From: a virus
Taxonomy: Duplodnaviria; Heunggongvirae; Uroviricota; Caudoviricetes
Direction: 5' to 3' (one strand)
Length of the DNA: 64,000 nucleotides
Virus record (IMG/VR): IMGVR_UViG_2886837984_000001
Coordinates: 1-64,000 of that record
The notes under the pieces were generated by a model, which searched no databases, was not told where the DNA came from, and saw nothing but the letters and a program-made list of their open reading frames with translations. The stretch's first letter is position 1, and each line of letters begins with the position of its first letter. The position numbers and the translations under genes are program-made. Below, piece after piece: positions 18,138-27,919 of this stretch.

Positions 18138-18287
18138 ATGATGATGATTTTTGCTGGAACTGTTGTGATCGGACTGTTTGTTGGATTGGGGTTCTACCTC
18201 GGCCACAGTACGGGTTTCTATGACGGCTACGAACTTGGGTATCGGGATGGCAATCTCGGGTATCCACGAAAGCTTGGTGAAAAGTGA
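18138..18287 (+). CDS. Small membrane peptide, 49 aa.
   Basis: Strong RBS AAAAGGGTGAGAAAG. Hydrophobic MMMIFAGTVVIGLFVGLGFYLG. Confidence 0.4.
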   Translation: MMMIFAGTVVIGLFVGLGFYLGHSTGFYDGYELGYRDGNLGYPRKLGEK

Positions 18288-18388
18288 TGCACTTATTCGT
18301 AACGGGTGTATTGGCAATATTGGTGATTGGAATCGTGGTATACGGGTTCGAAAAACTACTTACATACAAAGGACGGGATGAAGAATGA
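18287..18388 (+). CDS. Small membrane peptide, 33 aa.
   Basis: Its ATG overlaps the preceding stop and its own stop overlaps the next ATG. The sequence MHLFVTGVLAILVIGIVVYGF is hydrophobic. Confidence 0.3.
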   Translation: MHLFVTGVLAILVIGIVVYGFEKLLTYKGRDEE

Positions 18389-19221
18389 ATAAGGGATTAG
18401 CAATCGTAGGTGGAGCAGTATTGGTATTGGGCTTAGTGGCAACACCATTCGTCGTCGAAAAGATCGAACCAGGTCATGTGGGTGTACATTACAAACCGTC
18501 TAACGGCGTTCAGAAAGAGGTCTTCCAACCAGGATGGGAGGTTGTCGCTCCTTTTGACAAGGTAATCGAGTATCCGACACGTACACAGACGAAATCAATC
18601 AAGGATTTAGTGTTGAGTACAAAAGACGGTAAGAACGTCACAGTCGACTTCTCTTACTCGTTCTCGGTGAACCCTGAAAAGGTCGTCGACTTGTTTAACA
18701 AGTATGGAGCTGTATCGGTGGATGATATCGCAACGAAAGGATATCTTCGTCAACAGTTGTTCGACGCAGCGCGCGATCAGGTTAGCAAGGTGACAGTTCT
18801 TGAGTTGTTCGGAGAGCAGTCATCGCAAGTTTCTTCTGACATTCAGGCACAATTTGCCGACAAGGTGTTAGAACTTGGATTCATCGTCGAAGACTTGTCA
18901 TTGGGTGCTCCGAAGCCAGATGAGAAAACACAAGAGGCGATTGATGCGCGAGTGAAAGCGAGCCAGGAGTTAGACCGTAAGAAGACGGAGCTCGAAATCG
19001 CGAAGGCCGAATCGGAGCGAATCCTCGTAGAATCCGACGCTAAAGCGAAAAAGACCGTGATTGAAGCCGAAGCTGAAGCGAAGGCCAACAAGTTGCTCTC
19101 GAACTCGATCACACCTGAGCTCATCAAACTTAAAGAAGCTGAGGCGCGTCAGAAGCATGGTTGGGTCGAGATTCAAGGTGTCGCTCCGACGTTGACTCAA
19201 GAAGTAGAGAGTAAAAAGTGA
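18385..19221 (+). CDS. SPFH/Band-7 domain protein, prohibitin or HflK-like.
   Basis: N-terminal TM helix, an SPFH-like core, and a coiled-coil tail rich in A, E and K. Confidence 0.75.
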   Translation: MNKGLAIVGGAVLVLGLVATPFVVEKIEPGHVGVHYKPSNGVQKEVFQPGWEVVAPFDKVIEYPTRTQTKSIKDLVLSTKDGKNVTVDFSYSFSVNPEKVVDLFNKYGAVSVDDIATKGYLRQQLFDAARDQVSKVTVLELFGEQSSQVSSDIQAQFADKVLELGFIVEDLSLGAPKPDEKTQEAIDARVKASQELDRKKTELEIAKAESERILVESDAKAKKTVIEAEAEAKANKLLSNSITPELIKLKEAEARQKHGWVEIQGVAPTLTQEVESKK

Positions 19222-19625
19222 TGATCGACCTGTGGGAAGATTTCAAGCTTCACAATCAGTATGAATTTGACGAGAATACAAGGTTTCAACTCGAAGACCT
19301 CCGCGACGGCTATGACGGCTTGTTGCGGTTGGTCGATCGGGCTGAGTTTAACGAAGAAGAGATGTTGATGAAGCTTGACGCGAAGAACCATGCGATTGAG
19401 CAACGTAAACTCGAGCATGACTTCGTTTACCTGGCTGCATTGGTTCATTTTGATGAACCGGAGATGTTTTTTCTTCTGACGAGCGGCCTACATCCCAAGA
19501 TTGCTCTTGAATGTGCGATCGCTCGGTGTAAGTGGATGAAGAATCATCCTGAGACGTTCGATCTGTTTGGTGCGTTTGCGAATCGGTTTGACTATGAGAT
19601 GAATGCGAAGGGGTTGATGGAGTGA
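19218..19625 (+). CDS. Hypothetical protein.
   Basis: ORF with start-stop overlap in the operon. Confidence 0.55.
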   Translation: MMIDLWEDFKLHNQYEFDENTRFQLEDLRDGYDGLLRLVDRAEFNEEEMLMKLDAKNHAIEQRKLEHDFVYLAALVHFDEPEMFFLLTSGLHPKIALECAIARCKWMKNHPETFDLFGAFANRFDYEMNAKGLME

Positions 19626-19909
19626 TGAGAAAAGTGACGATGAATTCCATGTTGAAAGATTATGAATCGGTGCAAGAGGAAGTGGAATACAATTTCTTGA
19701 TTGTTTTCGTTTCGGTAGATGGTGCAAAGCCTGAAATGATCGTAAACCCGCGCGAAAACGTGGATGCGAAGATGGTGTATTACCGCTCGGCCTACGACAA
19801 CGACTTACGTCTGAAGGCGAACCCTAAGATTCAGATTGTGGATTATCAGTTTTCCGAAGGTGACATTTCGCTTAATGCACATTATCGAATTGGAGTTGGG
19901 GAGTTATGA
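19622..19909 (+). CDS. Hypothetical protein.
   Basis: Coupled ORF. Confidence 0.55.
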   Translation: MMRKVTMNSMLKDYESVQEEVEYNFLIVFVSVDGAKPEMIVNPRENVDAKMVYYRSAYDNDLRLKANPKIQIVDYQFSEGDISLNAHYRIGVGEL

Positions 19910-20226
19910 TGACAACCAAAGATAAGCTAAAATCATTGATTTTGATGCTAAATGAGGCGAAAACAGGTAAAATTGAGGTGTATCAGGCAGATTTAGCGCT
20001 TTTCGAGGGATTGATTGAAGATTTAGAAGAGAGAATTCGGCTCGAAAATGAGTCTTCTGACGAAGATTTGTGGTTCGTTTACCTGACTGGTGGCGAGGTG
20101 CAAGGTTTACATAGCTTACTGATGACACGACCGCTCGGACATATGGATAATTTGCGGAAGCAGGTTGAGAAGGCGTATGACACGATCAAGACGCATGATG
20201 ATGCAGAGACGGTAGGTGGGCGCTGA
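19906..20226 (+). CDS. Hypothetical protein.
   Basis: Coupled ORF. Confidence 0.55.
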   Translation: MMTTKDKLKSLILMLNEAKTGKIEVYQADLALFEGLIEDLEERIRLENESSDEDLWFVYLTGGEVQGLHSLLMTRPLGHMDNLRKQVEKAYDTIKTHDDAETVGGR

Positions 20227-20717
20227 TGATGTGGTTAGCATTGTTGGTGGCATATGCGACGGGATTGACGGTGTATGCCGTATTCCTTTACTTAGACCTG
20301 GATGTTGTGACTGCTAGACTCGAGTCGAAACAAGAGAGATATGAGGAAGTTTTGGATGAGTTGTCGGAGTCCCGCTCCACTCTCCGAGACCTACAGGAAG
20401 AGTTGTATATCGCTCAGGCAGACTTAGAAGAAGCGAAAGAGGGAATCGGGGTATGGAAAGATCGGTATCTAGAGGCCGTCAATGCACATAGTTTGTTGGC
20501 AGACGAGCGAGAACAGTCCATCGGAGACCGTCATGACCTGGTGATTCTAGGAGATGACGATGTGTTTGTGGCTTACTATCACGGAGAGTTGGTGGTCGGT
20601 CAGAAGCGAATGAGCTTCAATGGATACGAGGATGATACATATCGGTTTGAAGTGACATTCGGGAACACCAAGGATGAAGGGAATGTGATTTACTTTGACG
20701 GTGGCGAGTATGAATAA
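20226..20717 (+). CDS. Hypothetical membrane-anchored protein.
   Basis: N-terminal TM segment and a coiled-coil region. Confidence 0.55.
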   Translation: MMWLALLVAYATGLTVYAVFLYLDLDVVTARLESKQERYEEVLDELSESRSTLRDLQEELYIAQADLEEAKEGIGVWKDRYLEAVNAHSLLADEREQSIGDRHDLVILGDDDVFVAYYHGELVVGQKRMSFNGYEDDTYRFEVTFGNTKDEGNVIYFDGGEYE

Positions 20718-21020
20718 TAGTTGGTTTCATATGAAACAAAACAGAGATTTAGCGAAAGACGCTTGACAATCGAAATCAAAAAGTATATATTGTAATTAAG
20801 AGGTAGCGGAAACTACCTAAAAATTCATATGAGAATATGAATGATGTACTAGTATCGTACATACGTTTCGTTTTTCATGAGACGACCGCTCACTCGTTGC
20901 CATCGATAGCGGTCTGATCATATGCCTCCCTAGAGGGGTGAAGAGAGGTGTGATTCCTTTCGGGCATACCATACATACCGGATGTTTTTGTGACATTCAT
21001 GATTTACCTCCTCCTTTCGG

Positions 21021-21057
21021 AAAGACCGTCTCCCTTACAGGACGGTCTTTTTGTTTG
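21021..21057 (+). terminator. Rho-independent terminator.
   Basis: AGACCGTC tcccttacag GACGGTCT followed by TTTTTGTTT. Confidence 0.6.
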
Positions 21058-21148
21058 GATAAAAACACACCCCCCTCTCTAGATTAAATGAAAAAGTATT
21101 TTAATATTGGGAGATATAGGGTATGATAAGAGGGAGGAGGAGATGAAG

Positions 21149-21595
21149 ATGTTTTTGATGTATCTGATCGGGTTGGTGTTCTTCGGGGGATTCTTGCTGC
21201 TGATGGTAGGGTCTTTTGCTAATTATATGGATTATAAACAGGAGAGCGAGATGGGTGCGAGGTTGGGTGACACTTTGAACGGCCGTCCACCGGAGAGAGC
21301 GAAGCCTGTCGTGAAGGATTGGGTTCAGGGGTTGCGTAAGCTAGGGATTGAGATTGCGGATGTGGAGACGTATGAGAGTGAGTTGCGGAGGGATCTGAGA
21401 GAGTTGATGAATGTGACGCTGCCTGAGATCGCGAAGATGGATATCGGTTTGGAGATGAAGGTTGAATATGGGGGAGTGATCAGGAGGGAAGTTGATGCTG
21501 TGATCGAGAGAGCGAAGCGAGAGAAGACAGACCGAGTAAAATCAGAGATTGACTATTTGGTGGGATATGGGTTGGGTGAGAAGGCTAAAAAATGA
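21149..21595 (+). CDS. Hypothetical membrane protein.
   Basis: RBS GAGGGAGGAGGAG. The start is probably the ATG at 21149, which is spaced better than the earlier ATGs. It has an N-terminal TM helix. Confidence 0.55.
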   Translation: MFLMYLIGLVFFGGFLLLMVGSFANYMDYKQESEMGARLGDTLNGRPPERAKPVVKDWVQGLRKLGIEIADVETYESELRRDLRELMNVTLPEIAKMDIGLEMKVEYGGVIRREVDAVIERAKREKTDRVKSEIDYLVGYGLGEKAKK

Positions 21596-22030
21596 ATGAT
21601 TTCTCTGACAGGGTAAGGGAAAAGTGAGGTTTTGGGACTCCGAGAGGGGTTCTTTTTTGTGCGTGTATTTAGGAGTCTAAAAAAGTGAGTGAGGATAAGG
21701 GAAAATGAGGGTTTTAAGAGGGATGAAATGAGGAGAGATTTTTTGATGAGTTTTTTAAAGGGGCGAAAAAGTGAGTAAGGGTAAGGGAAATTAAACGATT
21801 TGACGATAACGGATTTTGAGGGAGAAAAGTAAGGCAGGGTAAGGGATTTTATATGATTTAAACGATCTGAAAATAGGGGCAAATGGTATAGTGTGGGGTT
21901 GGGGTTTGTGAGGGGGTTTGGGTATCGAATCGGAAAAAGGAGATATATGGATTTTGATATCGCTATAGGGGGAGGGGAGAAATGAAATTTGATATATGAG
22001 GGAAAAAGATGAGGTGTGGATTTGTAACTA
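21596..22030 (+). repeat. Strand-biased degenerate tandem repeat tract, purine-rich and almost C-free on the plus strand. It carries GGGTAAGGGA and AAAGTGAG units and a G4-like run.
   Basis: GGGTAAGGGA occurs three times and AAAAGTGAG(G/T) three times. GATTTTGAGGG is a further unit. GGGGTTGGGGTTTGTGAGGGGGTTTGGG has four G-tracts. The overlapping minus-strand ORF is a translation artefact. Confidence 0.5.
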
Positions 22031-22287
22031 CTATCGGCCTATCCGAAGGATAGGACGAATGGGTGGATCTTTACTGTCCCCACCGTATTGTTGATAATGG
22101 ATATTATCCACAATTTGAGATTGGACGGATTTTGACGTTTTTTGACTTGGGGCGACTTGGACGATGATGTCGCCACCACGCTCGGACGCTCACGTCTTCG
22201 GACAAAAGAAAAAACGCCACCGCTCGATGGCAATGGCGCTTGTCTATATATGGGCGCTCTAGCGTCCGTTGGGAATTGGTATAACAT

Positions 22288-22503
22288 TCAGACGTTAACC
22301 GAATAGTCAACCTCGTTAACGTAACCCTCGTCGTCGTACTCGACCCACGCCGTCAAGTGTGCTTCTCCCACATCCTCCATCTCATTGACGTACACGCCCA
22401 ACGTGTGCACCTCGTTGCCTTCGGCGTTCCAATCCTCGTTTAGCTTGATTGCCTCTTTAATAGTAAGTCCTTCATTGGCGAGCATTTGTTTGAGTTTGTT
22501 CAT
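22288..22503 (-). CDS. Hypothetical small acidic protein.
   Basis: RBS CAAGGAGGAAAAC. 71 aa. Confidence 0.6.
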   Translation of the reverse strand: MNKLKQMLANEGLTIKEAIKLNEDWNAEGNEVHTLGVYVNEMEDVGEAHLTAWVEYDDEGYVNEVDYSVNV

Positions 22504-22672
22504 TTTTGTTTTCCTCCTTGTTTGTTGTACCCTTATTATCTCATCTGTCGAGATCTTTCCGCACTTTATTTTTATTTTTTTTATTTAATTAAAAAAGAGA
22601 AGAAAATAAATTTCTCCTCTCTCTTATATATGACATAGTTATAAACATACGTTCAAAATCCGTTTAACAGAT

Positions 22673-22969
22673 TTAGTATAATTGAACCCTGCTAAATTCT
22701 GGCGCGCTCTCGCTGGCCGTGTGAGATCTTACGAGCTCGTTCCCCGTAACCTCATACACATACAAACCGCCTTCTTCTTCGTCTTCTCCGTACTCGACAA
22801 ACGCGACACGCTGGCCTTTAGTGTCCACATAATACAAGTTCGTCCATAGTGTCCGGCCGCTCTCCGCGTCCTCAACGCGTACAATTACATCATGAATATC
22901 TTGACCGCCAAACAATGCAGCAGCTTCGCCAGCTTCGAGCTTTACAGTTACGTTAGTAAGATCTTTCAT
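22673..22969 (-). CDS. Hypothetical protein.
   Basis: The start is probably the ATG at 22969, which has CTAGGAGGCG upstream. The ORF track extends 12 codons further. Confidence 0.55.
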   Translation of the reverse strand: MKDLTNVTVKLEAGEAAALFGGQDIHDVIVRVEDAESGRTLWTNLYYVDTKGQRVAFVEYGEDEEEGGLYVYEVTGNELVRSHTASESAPEFSRVQLY

Positions 22970-22998
22970 GTTAACGCCTCCTAGTGTATGTTTAGTGT

Positions 22999-23391
22999 TT
23001 ACCATGTATGGCCGGTTTTGAGGTTTTTAATTATCATATGGTCGCTATCTTCCTTATTAACCTCAACTTTATATTGGCCTTCCTTTTCCCAAACAGCGTC
23101 ATACGTTTTAACCGCGTACGTTGTGTACTCTTCATCTTCCGATACGTATTCAATGGCCGTAGCATACTCTTCATTAAATTCTGTCGTATATTCTTCTTCA
23201 ATCGCTGCCACAACTTCGGCCGCCTGGACTTCTACAAATTCGCGTTCTTCTTTACTAAAAGATCTTGCAACGTATCCGAATGTATACAAGCCTTCTTTGC
23301 TGCCCGACACGACTTCTAGCGTCATGCGCTCCTTAATTGTAACGTTTACTTGTTGGCCGATTGCGTTCATGATTGTGTTCATCTTGTTCAC
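22999..23391 (-). CDS. Hypothetical acidic protein.
   Basis: 130-aa ORF, E- and Y-rich. Confidence 0.55.
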   Translation of the reverse strand: MNKMNTIMNAIGQQVNVTIKERMTLEVVSGSKEGLYTFGYVARSFSKEEREFVEVQAAEVVAAIEEEYTTEFNEEYATAIEYVSEDEEYTTYAVKTYDAVWEKEGQYKVEVNKEDSDHMIIKNLKTGHTW

Positions 23392-23676
23392 CGTTCCTTT
23401 TCGTTTTGTTGTTTTGCTTACTCTTATTTTCTCATGTCGTGAAGATCTGACACGTTTTTAATTTATTTTTTTATGATCTACTCATTCTTAAAAAATCATA
23501 ATTATCTCTACTCTTATATTAAGTATATATATAAAGACTTGCTCAAAATCCGTTTAACAGGAATCCATATAACTAAAACGACATAATTCCCGGCTCGTGA
23601 TCGTAAACATATTTCTTAACTCGATCACTCGATCAACTGTCTTCAATCAAAAAAAGAGTCTTTCGACTCTTTGCAA

Positions 23677-24426
23677 TCATTCTCCTTCAAACCCTTCCAG
23701 CTCCGTATAAACGCCATAACTTATTACATCGTTAACCTGTATAATATTGTTTTTGTAATCGCCTTGTGTTGACTCTGTTAGACTCATGCAAGGTACATCA
23801 AACATTTCTGTATCATGAGGGTAAATATAAAGATCTTGAACGTGTACATAGGTTTCTTTACTCGTCTCTTTAATGCTGGCGTGTTCTCCGTATTCGTTAA
23901 ACTTTCCGATATGGTTATATTTATCTTTAATTTCGAGCTCGGCCACATTTCGCACTCTGTCGGTCGAACCTTTAGATCTTACGCCATCTTCTAGATATCC
24001 GTATCCTTCTAAAATCCCTTTGTACTTAATACGGTCATACATCATGACGACATGGCCACCCTGTCTTACAAAATAGTACACCTCATAACGATTATTGTAT
24101 TCGCCATGCTTCGAATACGCGTTTTCTGATACATCGATTAGTGCTGTGTTTTGGTCGTCTAAAATGATTTTGCCGCTCTCAACTTCCTTTTTAAATTCCT
24201 CAACCGTTTTTACAATCGCTTTACCTGGCGCTTTCCAGTATGTGCGCGAGCAGCCTAATGTATTTTTAAAAGGATTGTTTGGCCGTTCGTTCGGTTCGTC
24301 AACGCGTACAACTAAACTATATTCGTTCCTTGTTTCATCCAAAACAATAAACTTGTTTACATTTTTGGCCGTTTCCACCTGGTGCAATACAGTTACATTT
24401 AATTCGTTTTCGATTAGATTTTTCAT
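23677..24426 (-). CDS. Hypothetical protein.
   Basis: 249-aa ORF. Confidence 0.6.
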   Translation of the reverse strand: MKNLIENELNVTVLHQVETAKNVNKFIVLDETRNEYSLVVRVDEPNERPNNPFKNTLGCSRTYWKAPGKAIVKTVEEFKKEVESGKIILDDQNTALIDVSENAYSKHGEYNNRYEVYYFVRQGGHVVMMYDRIKYKGILEGYGYLEDGVRSKGSTDRVRNVAELEIKDKYNHIGKFNEYGEHASIKETSKETYVHVQDLYIYPHDTEMFDVPCMSLTESTQGDYKNNIIQVNDVISYGVYTELEGFEGE

Positions 24427-24680
24427 TTTGATTAGCTCCCTTTTTGATTTGGGTTATCTTGCTTAATTACATTATCGCACGTTTATATATTTAATTTTAT
24501 ATTATATTTTTTTATTTTAATAGCATTGATCGTAAACATTATTAAAAATTTAAATCATCTCGCTATAAAGTAATAGTATTAAACGTTTCTTCAATATCCG
24601 TTTAACAGATTTAGTATAACTAAAACTTGATAATTTTTGAACGTGATCACTCAACAAAAAAAGAATCCTTTCGGATTCTC

Positions 24681-24899
24681 TTATCTTTCGTAACACGTAT
24701 GAATTTCATTTCTTGCAATGCCGATCAAATAATATTTTCCGTCAACCGTTTCAACGTCATATATTTTTTCTTTGTCTGATCCGTTTATATAGTCTTCATA
24801 ACTAAATTTATAGTTTGCGACTTTTAACCCTTCTGATTCTAAAACCCGTTGAACGTTCATCATCTTACGTCCGCTTTTGGCGCTCTCGCGTCCTCGCAT
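24681..24899 (-). CDS. Hypothetical small protein.
   Basis: ORF that overlaps the upstream gene end. The start is uncertain. Confidence 0.35.
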   Translation of the reverse strand: MRGRESAKSGRKMMNVQRVLESEGLKVANYKFSYEDYINGSDKEKIYDVETVDGKYYLIGIARNEIHTCYER

Positions 24900-25252
24900 A
24901 GCTTCATAAACAACGCGGCCTCTCTATCCAGCTTTTCGCGTTCCTCGCGCTCTCTCACGCTTTCGAAAACATAACCTTCAAACGTGTATGCCTTGTGATC
25001 TTTCTTAATCTCATAAGTACCATGTGATCCGTACATATCACAATTTACTTTTTCAATTAGCGTGATATTTTCAAACACGCTTAGATTGATGATAGCAGCG
25101 TACTGTAGTGCTTGCTCTGGCGTGTCTGCCTCAACTTCGTTAAACCTTTGCCCGTGATCTTTGCGCTCGCTTTCCCATGTATACATACCCGTTTCAGGAT
25201 CAAACAATAAATCATATTCTACAACAAACCCTTTAACAATAAATTTACTCAT
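24860..25252 (-). CDS. Hypothetical protein.
   Basis: The start is probably the ATG at 25252, which has AAGAGGAGG upstream. A palindromic operator promoter lies immediately upstream. Confidence 0.55.
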   Translation of the reverse strand: MSKFIVKGFVVEYDLLFDPETGMYTWESERKDHGQRFNEVEADTPEQALQYAAIINLSVFENITLIEKVNCDMYGSHGTYEIKKDHKAYTFEGYVFESVREREEREKLDREAALFMKLCEDARAPKADVR

Positions 25253-25288
25253 ATCAATAACCTCCTCTTTTGATACTCTTAGTATACC

Positions 25289-25309
25289 ATGCGTACAATG
25301 TACGCGCAA
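25289..25309 (-). promoter_or_regulatory. Promoter with an embedded 15-bp inverted repeat GCGTACA-A-TGTACGC. On the minus strand it reads TTGCGC, 17 nt, then TATACT.
   Basis: It is one of four near-identical boxes. See also 31364, 31939 and 32623. Confidence 0.5.
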
Positions 25310-25397
25310 TACTTTTTTAATTAGCTATCATATTTATTTTACGATCACATAGGCCGATCACATAAAAAAAGCACTCAACCCGTCAACGGTCAAGCGC

Positions 25398-25967
25398 TCA
25401 ACTTATCTTAATAAATTTTTTAATATCCTCGTCAATCACATAAACCGCATAAACCTTTTTGCCATGCTCGATCAACTTTACTTTAAACAATGGAATTGCT
25501 TTACCTTGTATCAATCCCGTATACATATCATATTCATTCAAGATGTGATTGCGATAATACTTTACATTGTTTGTCTTGCATATCCATTTAATCACGGTCT
25601 CTTTGTCGCTATCATAGCAGCGTATATAATTATACGTATATTTTGGTAGATTAACATTAACAATGTAGCTCTTACTCTCATTATGCAGGTTTACAGGTGA
25701 TCCCGTACACGTCAACCGATCTCCATCACTTTCTAGCGCTCTCACATGGCCTTTTTGGATCTCCGCAACGGCCGGCACTATATCATACTTTGTTACCATG
25801 TTAGCGGGTAAACATCGCGCGAGCTCGGGATAGATGTTACACGCTATATAAAATAACTCGTCTAACGTCTCTTGATCTTGTTTGTCTAACCATCTGTTAT
25901 AAGTTTGCAAGTAATAGCAATCCTCATCTTTTAGTTTAAAATTGTTAACGTCTCTCATCGTATACAT
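25398..25967 (-). CDS. Hypothetical protein.
   Basis: 189-aa ORF. Confidence 0.6.
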   Translation of the reverse strand: MYTMRDVNNFKLKDEDCYYLQTYNRWLDKQDQETLDELFYIACNIYPELARCLPANMVTKYDIVPAVAEIQKGHVRALESDGDRLTCTGSPVNLHNESKSYIVNVNLPKYTYNYIRCYDSDKETVIKWICKTNNVKYYRNHILNEYDMYTGLIQGKAIPLFKVKLIEHGKKVYAVYVIDEDIKKFIKIS

Positions 25968-25985
25968 ACATTCAAACCCTTTCTT

Positions 25986-26552
25986 TCAAGCCGTTACGAG
26001 CTCTTTATTTTTATTCAACTTCTTTTCAAGTTCCTCAACCGTTGGCAATTCTTCAAACATCTCTATTGCCTTATCCATGCTTAAACGCTTTACAGGTACA
26101 CCGTTTTCGAGCTTATACATATGAATCGAATCGCTTTGTCGTGTGCGGTTTGTTGCTTTAGCAGCGCTTTCGAGACGGCCGAACATATCGCGCTTCTCTT
26201 TGTGATCGTAACGGATTTGTGCCATATAGTAATCAAACATGGTACGTTGATTGACACTTTTTTTATAAAAGTAATCTACACCACTATTGCGTATAAATAC
26301 AATACCGTCCTTGTGATTGCCTAACATTTCGGCCGCTGTATGGATATAAAAATCATTTTCATATCTTGCATTTTTACCCTTTACCTTTTCAGTGAGCTCG
26401 GGAAACAATTCTGTTACGGCCTTTTTGATTGTCTTTTTAAGTCGATCAACCTTGTTTTCAATAACTCTTCTTTCTTCATTGTATACATTGTGTTTTCTCA
26501 TATCTAATTCTTGATAGCGAGCGATTTGTTTCAAAAGTGTCATTGTTTTCAT
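25986..26552 (-). CDS. Hypothetical protein.
   Basis: 188-aa ORF. Confidence 0.6.
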   Translation of the reverse strand: MKTMTLLKQIARYQELDMRKHNVYNEERRVIENKVDRLKKTIKKAVTELFPELTEKVKGKNARYENDFYIHTAAEMLGNHKDGIVFIRNSGVDYFYKKSVNQRTMFDYYMAQIRYDHKEKRDMFGRLESAAKATNRTRQSDSIHMYKLENGVPVKRLSMDKAIEMFEELPTVEELEKKLNKNKELVTA

Positions 26553-26606
26553 TTTGATTTCTCCCTTTTTGATTATGATTTTTTAATTTATTAGCAGCTT
26601 ACAACG

Positions 26607-27017
26607 TCATCTAAACCATGATTTATTAATTTCTTCGTAACGCTCTTTTGTGATTGCCTGGCACGTCTCAACGTATTCTTTTTTAACTTCGTTGTGGCCG
26701 TCCAAAACATTGAAGATTAATAACGTGCCATTGTCGTAAACGTCTACTAGCTTAAACGTGTCGAGCGGTGCGTTTTCGCGTCCGTCTTGTGGATCGTAGT
26801 AATAAATACCTTTAGCAGTTGCGTTTGTTACCATGTATAAACGGTGGCTTGCTTCGTCTTCGTCTTTAAATCCATCTTCAAACAATTCGCAATCGTTACA
26901 TAAACACCATTCGTCACCGCTATCCAACCATACAATTTCAACCTCTTCATTTTGTTCTTCTAGATTATTTAAAATTGTGTTCCATTGTGTAAGACTGATT
27001 CTTTTTGCAGTTTCCAT
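26607..27017 (-). CDS. Hypothetical protein.
   Basis: 136-aa ORF. Confidence 0.6.
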   Translation of the reverse strand: METAKRISLTQWNTILNNLEEQNEEVEIVWLDSGDEWCLCNDCELFEDGFKDEDEASHRLYMVTNATAKGIYYYDPQDGRENAPLDTFKLVDVYDNGTLLIFNVLDGHNEVKKEYVETCQAITKERYEEINKSWFR

Positions 27018-27104
27018 GTGTAGCAGCTCCCTTGTTTTTGAGTGTTAAAATAATTGTTTTAACGGATAAATTGCTTTTAAAATCCCTTACAGGGTAATGA
27101 TTTT

Positions 27105-27377
27105 TTAAACAGTCATTTCGAGCCGTGATAATTCTTGATAGACTTCATCAAACTTCTGATCACTATCCGTCAAAATTAGTTCATGCTCGCTTTGCCATAC
27201 GTTGATATATTTATCGAGCATAATAATATAGTTTGGTGTTTGGCCGTCTACCTGCAATGCCTTGTTGTTATAAATGATATAGCTATCATTCAACGTCCCT
27301 TCAAAAACTTCCATATCCAATTGTTTTTCGCTTGCAAGTTCCAAAATTTTTCTTGATTCGTCCGCTGTTAGTCTCAT
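27105..27377 (-). CDS. Hypothetical protein.
   Basis: 90-aa ORF. Confidence 0.5.
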   Translation of the reverse strand: MRLTADESRKILELASEKQLDMEVFEGTLNDSYIIYNNKALQVDGQTPNYIIMLDKYINVWQSEHELILTDSDQKFDEVYQELSRLEMTV

Positions 27378-27436
27378 TTTTAATCATTCCTTTTCTGTTT
27401 TTTGATTTCAGTACATGGCCGATTTATCGGCCTGGA

Positions 27437-27919
27437 TTAATTGTTTTCACCGTCTTGTGTAAAATAAATCATATTTTCTAAATCCTCGCGAATCAAAATA
27501 ATTTCCTCATATGATCCACCGTCATCAATGTAATGGCCGTTATAAATTTTTTCTAATGCAGCTTGTAATTCTTTTTCCGTGTGATTTTCTACGTTTGTTG
27601 TGTATTCATAATAAAAATGATTAAAGTAACGGCCTAGCCCGTAAACTTCTTCATATTCATATTTAAAACCGTTGATTTCGTCCGAAAACTCAACTTTTAA
27701 TTCTTTATCAGCCTCGTTTAAATGGCCTTGTAAATTTTCAAGCGTGATCTTTTTGTGCGCTTGCTGGCGCTTGTTAAAAATATGATCATCTGCCTTGTTT
27801 TCGTCCCCGTTAAAAAAGATTCTCGCGAAATCATATTGACCGATTTGTTTGTACATCTTATCCAGCTCCCTTTGTTTGATGTGATTATTATACAGTTTGT
27901 AAGGCCGTTGACGCTTCAC
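27437..27919 (-). CDS. Hypothetical protein.
   Basis: 160-aa ORF. Confidence 0.55.
   Translation of the reverse strand: MKRQRPYKLYNNHIKQRELDKMYKQIGQYDFARIFFNGDENKADDHIFNKRQQAHKKITLENLQGHLNEADKELKVEFSDEINGFKYEYEEVYGLGRYFNHFYYEYTTNVENHTEKELQAALEKIYNGHYIDDGGSYEEIILIREDLENMIYFTQDGENN

Noticed and set aside
21553-21882. A 109-aa minus-strand ORF over the purine-rich repeat tract
   Set aside because: Its F-, P-, S- and L-rich sequence is just a translation of the pyrimidine strand of the repeats. It has no RBS.
21596-22030. A CRISPR array
   Set aside because: The repeats are degenerate with variable spacing. They are purine-only and have no unique spacers and no cas genes.
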